In this document: positions 30,414-39,113 of the stretch, piece after piece
Position numbering within the stretch: position 1 is the stretch's first letter
Layout: the number at the start of each line of letters is the position of its first letter
NCBI GenBank assembly: GCA_043812915.1
Contig: JBDRLQ010000003.1
Location: forward strand, 128,047 to 192,046
DNA from: Candidatus Micrarchaeota archaeon
GTDB taxonomy: Archaea > Micrarchaeota > Micrarchaeia > Anstonellales > Bilamarchaeaceae
Length of the DNA: 64,000 bases
Direction: 5' to 3'
The notes under the pieces: model-generated
Database searches by the model: none
What the model was told of the DNA's origin: nothing
The model's input: only the letters and a program-made list of their open reading frames with translations
Made by a program: the position numbers and the translations under genes

Positions 30414-32258
30414 GTGAGCTTGATGGTCAAAAAGAAAAGAAAAATCCCGGAAAGAACCAGCGTCTTCCTGAACGGTAAGATGGTCGGATATCACCCGGAT
30501 GGCAAGAGCCTTTCCAGCAGGCTTAGGGAAAGAAGGAGGATGAACGAGCTCAACAACCAGGTCAATATATATTACAATCCCAAAGTGAACGAGCTCCATC
30601 TTATTACTGACAAAGGGAGGGTGAGAAGGCCATATATCGTAGTGGAGAACGGGAAATCCAGGCTCACCCCGGAAATCGCGGCAAGAATCAAGAACAGCGA
30701 GCTCACTTGGAACCACCTCGTAAAGATGGGGATCATCGAGTATCTGGATGCTCTTGAAGAGGAGAACTGCCTCATCGCAATCAGGGATGAGGACATATCC
30801 GAAGAGCATAGCCACCTTGAAGTGGATTCCGCGAACATATTCGGTGTTGTGGCATCAGTGCTCCCTTACCCTGAGCACAACTCATCACCGAGGATTACGA
30901 TGGCCTGCGCTATGGCCAAGCAGTCATTGGGCATGTATACCTCAAACTTCAACTCCAGGTATGACACCAGGGCGTATGTGATGTACTACCCCCAGCAGCC
31001 CATTGTGCAGACCAGCGTATATCGCGCCCTTGGCCTGAAGAACAAGGCGGCCGGGCAGAATGTCGTTGTCGCGCTCACGAGCTTCCACGGATACAACATG
31101 GCGGACGCTATCGTTGTGAATCGGTCCGCAATCGACCGCGGCCTCTCAAGGGTCGTCATGTTCAAGACCTATGAGACCGAGGAGAGGATGTATCCGGGCG
31201 GCCAGAAGGACAAGATTGAGCTTCCAACCCCGGAGGTGGTAGGATTCAGGGGAGAGGAAGCTTACAGGCACCTTGATGATGATGGCATTGTTATGCCGGA
31301 AGCGGAGGTCGGAAGCAAGGATGTCCTTGTTGGAAAGACCTCGCCCCCAAGATTCCTTGAGGAAATCTCCGTCTTCGGGGCAGTCGAGGAGAAGAAGAGG
31401 GAAAGCTCACTGTCGCTCAAAAGCGGGGAAGCCGGAAAGGTCGACTCCGTGCTTATTACTGAGGGGCCTAGCGGAAACAGGCTCGTGAAGGTGAGGATGA
31501 GAGCGATAAAGACCCCGGAAATCGGGGACAAGCTCGCGTCCAGGCACGGGCAGAAGGGAGTCATCGGGCTTCTTGTCCCGCATGAGAACATGCCGTTCAC
31601 CGAGAGCGGAATAACTCCTGATTTGATTGTCAATCCGCACGCCATACCTTCCCGTATGACGGCAGGTCACCTGCTTGAAACCCTTGGGGGGAAGGCCGGC
31701 TCTCTTGCGGGCGTGCTCAATGACGGGAGCGCGTTCAGCGGAAACACGGAAGAGGAGTATCAGGAAGTGCTCAAGAAGGCAGGCTTCATGGAATCCGGGG
31801 AGGAAGTCCTCTATGACGGCCTTACCGGGAATAGGATTCATGTTAAGATATTCATTGGAGTGACCTACTACCAGAGGCTCCACCACCTCGTGTCCAACAA
31901 GATGCATGTGAGGAGCAGGGGCCCTGTACAGCTGCTTACCCACCAGCCGACCGAAGGGCGTGCAAGGGAGGGAGGTCTGCGTTTCGGAGAGATGGAACGT
32001 GACTGCCTCATCGGCTATGGCGCCAGCATGCTGACCAAGGAAAGGCTGCTCGAAGAGAGCGACAAGACGATACAGCTTGTCTGCAAGGATTGCGGCTCTA
32101 CCGCCACCCACGACTATGCGCGCAACAGGGACATCTGCCCTATCTGCGAGAGCGAGAATGTGGAGCCGGTGGAGATGAGCTATGCGTTCAAGCTGCTGCT
32201 GGATGAGATTAAATCTCTGTACATATTCCCGAGGCTGCTGCTGAAGGAGAAGGGTTGA
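30414..32258 (+). CDS. rpoB1: DNA-directed RNA polymerase subunit B' (C-terminal half of the split Rpo2)
   Basis: 614 aa with conserved blocks (PEHNSSPRITMACAMAKQSLG, ASRHGQKGVIG, GLRFGEMERDCLIGYGA) and a C-terminal Zn ribbon CKDCG...CPIC. Confidence 0.9.
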   Translation: MSLMVKKKRKIPERTSVFLNGKMVGYHPDGKSLSSRLRERRRMNELNNQVNIYYNPKVNELHLITDKGRVRRPYIVVENGKSRLTPEIAARIKNSELTWNHLVKMGIIEYLDALEEENCLIAIRDEDISEEHSHLEVDSANIFGVVASVLPYPEHNSSPRITMACAMAKQSLGMYTSNFNSRYDTRAYVMYYPQQPIVQTSVYRALGLKNKAAGQNVVVALTSFHGYNMADAIVVNRSAIDRGLSRVVMFKTYETEERMYPGGQKDKIELPTPEVVGFRGEEAYRHLDDDGIVMPEAEVGSKDVLVGKTSPPRFLEEISVFGAVEEKKRESSLSLKSGEAGKVDSVLITEGPSGNRLVKVRMRAIKTPEIGDKLASRHGQKGVIGLLVPHENMPFTESGITPDLIVNPHAIPSRMTAGHLLETLGGKAGSLAGVLNDGSAFSGNTEEEYQEVLKKAGFMESGEEVLYDGLTGNRIHVKIFIGVTYYQRLHHLVSNKMHVRSRGPVQLLTHQPTEGRAREGGLRFGEMERDCLIGYGASMLTKERLLEESDKTIQLVCKDCGSTATHDYARNRDICPICESENVEPVEMSYAFKLLLDEIKSLYIFPRLLLKEKG

Positions 32259-34924
32259 TTTTTACCGAGGTAATCGCTATGGAAGTCAGTAAAGTCCTTA
32301 ACAAAATAAAATTCTCAATCTTCTCACCGGAGATGATTAGGAAGATGTCCGCATCAAAGATTGTGGTGCCGGATACCTATGATGACGACGGCTACCCGAT
32401 TGATGGCGGCCTTGTCGATACCCGGCTTGGTGTCGTCGACCCGGGTCTGCGCTGCAAGACATGCGGTGGAAGGGTGAAGGAGTGCCCCGGCCATTTCGCG
32501 CACATCGACCTGGTGCGCCCGGTCGTGCACGTTGAGTTCGCAAAGCACATCTACCTTGTGCTCAAGAACACCTGCCCGCACTGCCACAAGCTGATTGGCA
32601 AGATGGGAAAGGCGGTTGCGAAGGCGAAGGCGGAAGAAGCCCTGCCGGAACAGGCTGAGAATCCGAAGGAAGATGCCAGCGCCGAAGTGCCATCACTCCT
32701 AGAGATTACCAAAGAGGAGGCGAATGCGGAAAATCCTGCCGGAGACACTGTTGAGCCCCTTCCGGAGAAGCCGAAGAAGAAGGAGAAGGGTGCGGCAAAG
32801 ACCTGCAATAATTGCGGAACTGAACTTCCCGAGATTAAGCTCCTGAAACCATCATCATTCTTCAAGGAGAAGGAGATGATGCTGCCCACAGACGTGCGTG
32901 ACTGGCTTGCGAGCATCAGCGACGATGACCTCCGGGAACTCGGCTTCGACCCGCTTTACGCAAGGCCGGAATGGATGATCATTACTGCGCTGCCGGTGCC
33001 TCCTGTCAATGTCAGGCCGTCGATTACGCTTGAAACGGGTGAAAGGAGCGAAGATGACCTCACGCACAAGCTGGTCGATATCATCAGGATTAACCAGAAG
33101 CTGGAGGCCAACATCAATGCAGGCGCCCCACAGCTGATTATCGAGGACCTTTGGGAGCTTCTGCAGTATCACGTCACCACCTATTTCGACAACGAGACCG
33201 CCAACATCCCGCCGGCGAGGCACAGGAGCGGAAGGCCGCTCAAGACCCTTGCGCAGAGGCTTAAGGGGAAGGAGGGCCGTTTCAGGTACAATCTTTCAGG
33301 AAAGCGTGTAAACTTCTCGGCCCGTACTGTAATTTCACCGGACCCGCGAATCAGCCTCAAGGAAGTCGGCGTCCCGATGCCGATTGCCCAGGAGCTCACT
33401 GTCCCTATGCACGTTACGGAATGGAACGTCGAGAAAGCCAAGGAATATATCCTCAGCCCAGGATATCCGCGCGCCATATACATCAGCAGGCCTGACGGAA
33501 AGCGCCTGAAAGTGGGCGATACGGATGAAGTCCGCAATGAGCAGGCGGAGAACCTGAAGGTGGGATGGACAATCGAGCGCCAGATAGTGAACGGCGATAT
33601 TTCCATATTCAACAGGCAGCCTTCCCTCCACAGGATTTCTATGATGGGCCATGAAGTGAGGGTTCTTCCAGGAAAGACATTCAGGCTCAACCCGGTGACA
33701 ATCTCGCCATACAACGCGGACTTCGATGGAGACGAAATGAACCTGCATATCATCCAGACTGAAGAGGCCCAGGCTGAGGCGCGCTACCTTATGAGCGTGG
33801 ACAAGCAGATGCTCTCACCGCGTCACGGGCATGCGATTATCAAGCCGCAGGAGGACCACGTATCCGGATTCTACTTCCTTACGCAGGATAGCATGGAGTT
33901 CAGCAAGGACGAGGCTTCCAGCCTTCTATACCTTGTTGGCATCACCGAGCTGCCAAAGCCCGATCGGAAGGATGGCAGGTTCTCAGGAAAGCTCCTGTTC
34001 TCTCTTCTCCTTCCGGACGACCTTTCAATAAAGGTCCAGTCGAAGATGAGGGAGGAGGTCATCATCCGCAATGGAAAGCTCATCAAGGGCGCCGTGGACA
34101 GCAAGGTTGCCGAGAGCGAGCTCATCGAGAAGATTTTCATAAACAACGGGCCCGAGGCCGCAAGGCAATTCCTGGATATGGGGACGAGGATGGCTCTTGA
34201 GGCGATTTCAATCCACGGGCTTTCAGTATCCCTGAAGGATTATACCCTCTCTGAAAAGGCCGAGGTCAAGAAGAAGGAGATAACCGACAAGATGAACCGG
34301 GAAATCGACAACCTGGTGATGCAGTACAAGAACAGGTCCCTGGAGCGCTCTCCGGGCATGAGCCTGAAGGAGACCCTCGAAGGCCTTATTGTCAATATAA
34401 CCTCTCTAACCCGTGAGGAGATTGGAAAGCTCGTTGAGCAGGATCTTACCCTTGCGAACCCGTCCATCATCATGGCCAAGATTGGAGCGCGTGGAAGCCT
34501 GCTTAACGCCATCCAGATGTCCGCGACAGTGGCGCAGCAGACAGTTAGGAGCAAGAGGCCATCCCGCGGCTACAAGGGAAGGCTGCTTCCGTACTTCAAG
34601 AAGGGGGTGCTCACCGCAAAGGAACGCGGGTTCGTATACTCATCCTTCCGCGAGGGGCTCACGCCCTACGAGTTCATGAGCCACTCCATGGGAGGCCGTG
34701 AAGCCCTTGTCAACACGGCTATCCGCACGGCCCGCTCAGGTTACATGCAGCGCAGGCTGATTAACGCGCTTCAGGATCTTGTGGTGTTCGATGACCTCAC
34801 GGTGAGGAATGCGGACATGAGCGTTGTCCAGTTCATATACGGCGGTGACGGGAGAGACCCGATGTTTTCCAGCAGCACGGAGGCAGTAGATATCGTGAAG
34901 CAGGACGATATCGATACAGCATAG
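32255..34924 (+). CDS. rpoA1: DNA-directed RNA polymerase subunit A' (Rpo1N)
   Basis: 889 aa with conserved blocks (GHFAHIDLVRPVVHVEF, NADFDGDEMNLH). The likely start is ATG 32279. A low-complexity insert lies between the zinc-binding Cys pairs. Confidence 0.9.
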   Translation: MIFTEVIAMEVSKVLNKIKFSIFSPEMIRKMSASKIVVPDTYDDDGYPIDGGLVDTRLGVVDPGLRCKTCGGRVKECPGHFAHIDLVRPVVHVEFAKHIYLVLKNTCPHCHKLIGKMGKAVAKAKAEEALPEQAENPKEDASAEVPSLLEITKEEANAENPAGDTVEPLPEKPKKKEKGAAKTCNNCGTELPEIKLLKPSSFFKEKEMMLPTDVRDWLASISDDDLRELGFDPLYARPEWMIITALPVPPVNVRPSITLETGERSEDDLTHKLVDIIRINQKLEANINAGAPQLIIEDLWELLQYHVTTYFDNETANIPPARHRSGRPLKTLAQRLKGKEGRFRYNLSGKRVNFSARTVISPDPRISLKEVGVPMPIAQELTVPMHVTEWNVEKAKEYILSPGYPRAIYISRPDGKRLKVGDTDEVRNEQAENLKVGWTIERQIVNGDISIFNRQPSLHRISMMGHEVRVLPGKTFRLNPVTISPYNADFDGDEMNLHIIQTEEAQAEARYLMSVDKQMLSPRHGHAIIKPQEDHVSGFYFLTQDSMEFSKDEASSLLYLVGITELPKPDRKDGRFSGKLLFSLLLPDDLSIKVQSKMREEVIIRNGKLIKGAVDSKVAESELIEKIFINNGPEAARQFLDMGTRMALEAISIHGLSVSLKDYTLSEKAEVKKKEITDKMNREIDNLVMQYKNRSLERSPGMSLKETLEGLIVNITSLTREEIGKLVEQDLTLANPSIIMAKIGARGSLLNAIQMSATVAQQTVRSKRPSRGYKGRLLPYFKKGVLTAKERGFVYSSFREGLTPYEFMSHSMGGREALVNTAIRTARSGYMQRRLINALQDLVVFDDLTVRNADMSVVQFIYGGDGRDPMFSSSTEAVDIVKQDDIDTA

Positions 34925-35983
34925 GTGATTATGATGTCAGCAAAAAAACCAGTAGCCATGATTCCGCCCTTCGAGGCGGTCGGTGTTGTGTGCGCTCAGA
35001 GTATTGGTGAGCCGGGCACGCAGATGACAATGAGAACATTCCACTACGCGGGTGTCGCCGAGCACGTGCCGACAGGCCTGCCCAGGCTCATCGAGATTGT
35101 GGATGCGAAGAAGGAGCCAAAGAAGGCAATTATCGACATCTACCTCAAGAGAGCGGCCGCAAGGAGCAGGACTGAGGCCGAGAAGGTGGCCAGGGACCTT
35201 AGCTCTGTCTTCGTTTCAGATGTCGCCTCAGTTGGTGATGATCTTGAGAGCCTCACCATATTGGTCGTGGTCAATGAAAGGGACGCCAAGGCGCTTGGCG
35301 TGACCCTTCCGGCAGTGAGGAAAGCGCTTGAGGAGTTCTCCCCGGGCCTGAAGGCGAATGGCAACAAGTTCCTCCTGCAGCCGGTTAAGGACGTCGCTAA
35401 GGACCCCAAGACTGGCGAGAAGAAGGAGAAGAAGGTGACTGCAAAGGCGGTGAGGAGGCTTGCCAACAAGGTGCGCGAAGCCCTCGTCAAGGGGGTCAAA
35501 GGCGTTTATCGGGCCGTCGTAATCAAGGGGGACAATGAGTATTTCGTCCGGGCCGGAGGATTCAACATACTCGGCACAATGACTCATCCTATGGTTGACC
35601 CGAAGCGCGTATATACCAATAACATAAAGGAAATCGAGAAGGTTTTCGGCATTGAAGCTGCAAGGAACGCCATTATAAAGGAAGTGAATGACGTCCTTAA
35701 GCTGCAGAACCTTTATGTTGACATGCGCCACATAATGCTTCTTGCTGACGCCATGACCTTCGGTGGCATTGTAAAATCAATCGGAAGGCATGGGCTTTCC
35801 GGTCAGAAGGTCGGCGTCCTCGGAAGGGCGGCATTCGAAGAGACTGTAAAGCACCTCGTGAACGCGAGCGCTACGGCAGAAGAGGAGAATCTTATCGGAG
35901 TGACGGAGAATATCATCGTCGGGCAGACGGTGCCTGTCGGGACTGGCAAGGTCCGCCTGATTATGAAGAGAACCAAGAAATGA
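34925..35983 (+). CDS. rpoA2: DNA-directed RNA polymerase subunit A'' (Rpo1C)
   Basis: 352 aa: [28 protein letters not shown] and a C-terminal [14 protein letters not shown]. Confidence 0.9.
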   Translation: MIMMSAKKPVAMIPPFEAVGVVCAQSIGEPGTQMTMRTFHYAGVAEHVPTGLPRLIEIVDAKKEPKKAIIDIYLKRAAARSRTEAEKVARDLSSVFVSDVASVGDDLESLTILVVVNERDAKALGVTLPAVRKALEEFSPGLKANGNKFLLQPVKDVAKDPKTGEKKEKKVTAKAVRRLANKVREALVKGVKGVYRAVVIKGDNEYFVRAGGFNILGTMTHPMVDPKRVYTNNIKEIEKVFGIEAARNAIIKEVNDVLKLQNLYVDMRHIMLLADAMTFGGIVKSIGRHGLSGQKVGVLGRAAFEETVKHLVNASATAEEENLIGVTENIIVGQTVPVGTGKVRLIMKRTKK

Positions 35984-36005
35984 TATTTGATTGCAGGTGA
36001 ACGAA

Positions 36006-36443
36006 ATGGCAGAAGAGGAAGAGACAATCACAGAAGCTATTCAGGAAGATGTTGAAGTTTCTGAAGAAGATGAAGAAAAGCCCAAAAAGAAAAGGAAAAA
36101 GGTCGTTCGAAGGAGGAAGACCAAGAAAGAGAAGGAGAATCCTCTTGATAGCGCCCTCAGGCTGACTGTGGAGAGCGGGAAGGTTGACTTCGGCGCAAGG
36201 ACCGGAATCGTTGCCTCCCTTATGGGTAAGGCGAAGGCCTTCGTCCTCGCAAAGAACACGCCCGCGGAAACCCGCAAGCGCGTTAGTGAGTATGCAAAGA
36301 AATCGAAAATCCCAGTACTTGAGTTCGACGGAAGCACAATGGAGCTTGGCTCTGCGTGCGGAAAGCCGTTCTCTGTATCGGTGCTTTCGGTGTATGATGT
36401 TGGCGCGTCCAACCTCATGGACCTGGCAGGGGAATCTAAGTAA
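36006..36443 (+). CDS. rpl30e: 50S ribosomal protein L30e (eL30) with an N-terminal acidic/basic extension
   Basis: The core LDSALRLTVESGKVDFGARTG...AKKSKIPVLEFDGSTMELGSACGKPFSVSVLSV matches L30e. AGGTGA lies 5 nt upstream of ATG 36006. There is no in-frame start between that ATG and the conserved core. Confidence 0.8.
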   Translation: MAEEEETITEAIQEDVEVSEEDEEKPKKKRKKVVRRRKTKKEKENPLDSALRLTVESGKVDFGARTGIVASLMGKAKAFVLAKNTPAETRKRVSEYAKKSKIPVLEFDGSTMELGSACGKPFSVSVLSVYDVGASNLMDLAGESK

Positions 36444-36456
36444 CCTGGTGTCATTG

Positions 36457-36891
36457 ATGGTTGAACTAACGGGGGAGGACCTTACTTTTTTTTCCAAATT
36501 CGAGTCGATTACCGGCGTTATGCCCAAAGACTATGTGGCCTCGGAAAATGTGCTCACATTCCTTGTCGATGGGAATAAGCTCGGCAAGGCCATCGGGAAA
36601 AAAGGGGCGAATATACAGAAGCTTGGGAAGATTTTCAGGAAGAAGGTCGTCATCACAGGAGACAGCGATGACCTTGAGCAGTTCGTCCGCGGATTCTTCA
36701 GCAACATCGGGATCCAGAACATCGAAGTCCGGGACATTATGGGTGAGAAAGCCGTGATGATGATTATCGATGAGAAGGACCGCGGAATCGCCATTGGAAG
36801 GGGCGGGGAGAGGATAAAGGCCGCCAAGTCCTTCCTGGGCAAGAAGTTCAAGGCAACCATCCATCTTAGGACAAGAAGGACTGCAATCTAG
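36457..36891 (+). CDS. nusA: Archaeal NusA-like transcription factor (two KH domains)
   Basis: This is the downstream part of track ORF 36184..36891, starting at ATG 36457: MVELTGEDLTFFSKFESITG...GKAIGKKGANIQKLGKIF...RGIAIGRGGERIKAAKSFLGKKF. It carries two GxxG KH motifs and sits in the conserved position after L30e. Confidence 0.8.
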   Translation: MVELTGEDLTFFSKFESITGVMPKDYVASENVLTFLVDGNKLGKAIGKKGANIQKLGKIFRKKVVITGDSDDLEQFVRGFFSNIGIQNIEVRDIMGEKAVMMIIDEKDRGIAIGRGGERIKAAKSFLGKKFKATIHLRTRRTAI

Positions 36892-36911
36892 TCCTTTTCT
36901 TTTTCTATTTT

Positions 36912-38033
36912 TCAATAATGCCCTGCGAGGTATTTCTCTATTTTCTGCAGCTGCACTACGAAAATCAATCCGGGTGCTGGTCCGAGCGCCTTGGCAACCG
37001 CAACGAACATCGGCCCGACAATGTTGTCAGGCGTTATCTGCCCTGTGCTAGCCAGATATGCGACTATTGGCAGCCGGAGCCCCTGGATCAAGATGAATAG
37101 CGACTCCATCACGCCCGCGTAGAATCCGGCTTCGCGATATGTAGTGTTCAGTTCTTCAACCTCGACTCTCTTCCCTCTCCAGGTGCTCCTGAATCCATCA
37201 ACAAACCCTTTTCCGAATTCATAGGCACCTCTGAATATTCCGCAGTTTTCATCCCTGTTCCTTCTAACCGCAATTTTCCATAGAATGCCGAATGTCGGCC
37301 AGAGCGCTGCTGTGCCCACAGCGGTTCCGAATGCTACTGCGGCCATCGCACCTAATGGAGTGACAGTAGTATCCGAGAACTCTCCTGCCAGAAATGTGGT
37401 TCCGGCGGCCAGGCCTGCAATTCCAAGGGTATCACTAATTTCCATTGCTCCTAGGAATGTCGGCAGGTTAGGGCCAAGGGACTTCCTCTGCATCTCGAAT
37501 CCCATAAGGCGCTTTGCCGGCCTGATGACTAAACTGCTAAGCAGGAAGGGCGTGGAGAATACCAGCGGATATGCAAGGCTGCCTGTTATCCCACCCCCGA
37601 TTGCGGAATCAAGGGCCTTTCCGGCAACTGCAAGCCCGACGCAGGCACCCCAGAGGCTGGCAATGTCAATCGCCTTTGACAGATATAAGAGTCCTTTGCT
37701 CTTGCTAAGTATCGCCAGTCTCTCGTCAATACGGCCAATCTCCAGATTCATCATCTTATTAAGCATCCTACTCGAGATTGTGAGGCCTGCCGTTTCAAGG
37801 GCACTAAGGGCCACGGCTCTCTCTTTTTCATTGTCCGGCGCTTTCACCGTCTCCCTGCATGTCTTGAGCTTGATATCATCATCTCTGTTCCTGCGCTTCT
37901 CCACAAGGCTGAGGCTGGCAATGCCCTTGGCCATCTCGTTCCTCTCTTTCCAGACAAGTGCCCTGGCCTTCAGACTGGACACGCGCTTGCCTATTGTGCC
38001 GAATCCAGGATCTCTATGATAAATCCTCCTCAT
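36912..38033 (-). CDS. Hypothetical membrane protein
   Basis: 373 aa. A charged N-terminal region is followed by several Gly/Ala-rich hydrophobic segments. An AT-rich promoter region lies upstream at 38034-38147. The + strand ORF 37285..38019 looks like a shadow. Confidence 0.5.
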   Translation of the reverse strand: MRRIYHRDPGFGTIGKRVSSLKARALVWKERNEMAKGIASLSLVEKRRNRDDDIKLKTCRETVKAPDNEKERAVALSALETAGLTISSRMLNKMMNLEIGRIDERLAILSKSKGLLYLSKAIDIASLWGACVGLAVAGKALDSAIGGGITGSLAYPLVFSTPFLLSSLVIRPAKRLMGFEMQRKSLGPNLPTFLGAMEISDTLGIAGLAAGTTFLAGEFSDTTVTPLGAMAAVAFGTAVGTAALWPTFGILWKIAVRRNRDENCGIFRGAYEFGKGFVDGFRSTWRGKRVEVEELNTTYREAGFYAGVMESLFILIQGLRLPIVAYLASTGQITPDNIVGPMFVAVAKALGPAPGLIFVVQLQKIEKYLAGHY

Positions 38034-38147
38034 GATAATCCTCCTTTCTTGTGTGTGCTTAAGAACAATAATGATATATTAATGAAATTGAGAATTTTTT
38101 TGACAAAAACATATTTTTATAAACTAAATTTATAAGAAAGTAAAATA

Positions 38148-39113
38148 ATGGAGAAAATCGATAAAAAGGATAAAATCCTGCTATACGAGCTTCGCCGGAA
38201 CTGCAGGCAGCCCTACAGCAGGCTAGCCAAGGCAGCAAAGCTCTCAAAGCAGATGGTTCAATACCGAGTAAGCCGGCTTGTTAGGCTGGGCATCCTTGAT
38301 GGCACCGTGCTTGCAATGGATGCCGGCCGCCTGGGCTTTCAGAATTACGCAGTATATTTCCAGTGGGGGGATGATTCTCCGAAGGAATCCTTCGTAAAGG
38401 ATGTCATGAATGATGCAACAACCCGGTATGCCGCTGAAAGTAGCGGGAGGGTGGACTTCATCGTTTCATTTTTCGCCAGGAATCCGCTTGAGTTCCAGCA
38501 GGTCTGGGATAAATATGTCTCCAAGTACGGGGCTGCAATCAGGAGCCATTCGATATATATTTCTACAGAGCACCGCGCATTTGAAAGGACCGGGCTACTC
38601 GGGGAAAAACCGAGCAAGGAAAGGGAGGTTTTCCTCGGGAGCGCAGGAGAGCCGGTCAAGACTGATGATTCTGATCGGAACATAGTGAAAGCACTTGCGA
38701 AAACCCCGAGGGCATCTATCGTTTCAATCGCCAATACCTGTTCCCTTGCCCCTGATACTGTGAAGTCGAGGCTGAAAAGGCTGGAAAAGAGCGGCCTGAT
38801 ACAGGGCTATGCGTGGCTTTACAATCCCGAGACCCTTGGCCTGAGGATGTATGAGCTTCTTCTTTCCCTTAGGGGCATGGACTCAAGGAAATGGGAAGAA
38901 TTGCGCGCATACTGCCAGAGCAATTCGAAGATAACATACTTCATACGCAGCATAGGTGCATTCGACGCAGATATCATATTCGAGGTCGGGGATGATTCAG
39001 AATTCTACGAAGAGCTCCATAAGCTCAGGAAGCTTTTCTCAATCCACATCCATGACTTTGATGTGGTAAAAATACTGAAGGAGCACAAGTTCTCCTATGC
39101 TCCTTTCCTGTAG
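38148..39113 (+). CDS. Lrp/AsnC-family transcriptional regulator, tandem-duplicated
   Basis: There are two HTH_AsnC-like modules (DKILLYELRRNCRQPYSRLAKAAKLSKQMVQYRVSRLVRLGIL and DRNIVKALAKTPRASIVSIANTCSLAPDTVKSRLKRLEKSGLI). Each is followed by a RAM-like domain. Confidence 0.7.
   Translation: MEKIDKKDKILLYELRRNCRQPYSRLAKAAKLSKQMVQYRVSRLVRLGILDGTVLAMDAGRLGFQNYAVYFQWGDDSPKESFVKDVMNDATTRYAAESSGRVDFIVSFFARNPLEFQQVWDKYVSKYGAAIRSHSIYISTEHRAFERTGLLGEKPSKEREVFLGSAGEPVKTDDSDRNIVKALAKTPRASIVSIANTCSLAPDTVKSRLKRLEKSGLIQGYAWLYNPETLGLRMYELLLSLRGMDSRKWEELRAYCQSNSKITYFIRSIGAFDADIIFEVGDDSEFYEELHKLRKLFSIHIHDFDVVKILKEHKFSYAPFL

Noticed and set aside
37285-38019. A 244-aa plus-strand ORF opposite the 36912..38033 membrane-protein gene.
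   Set aside because: The minus-strand frame is longer and has TM-like segments. It begins right after an AT-rich promoter region. The plus-strand product is Ser/Pro/Ala/Arg-rich shadow-like sequence.
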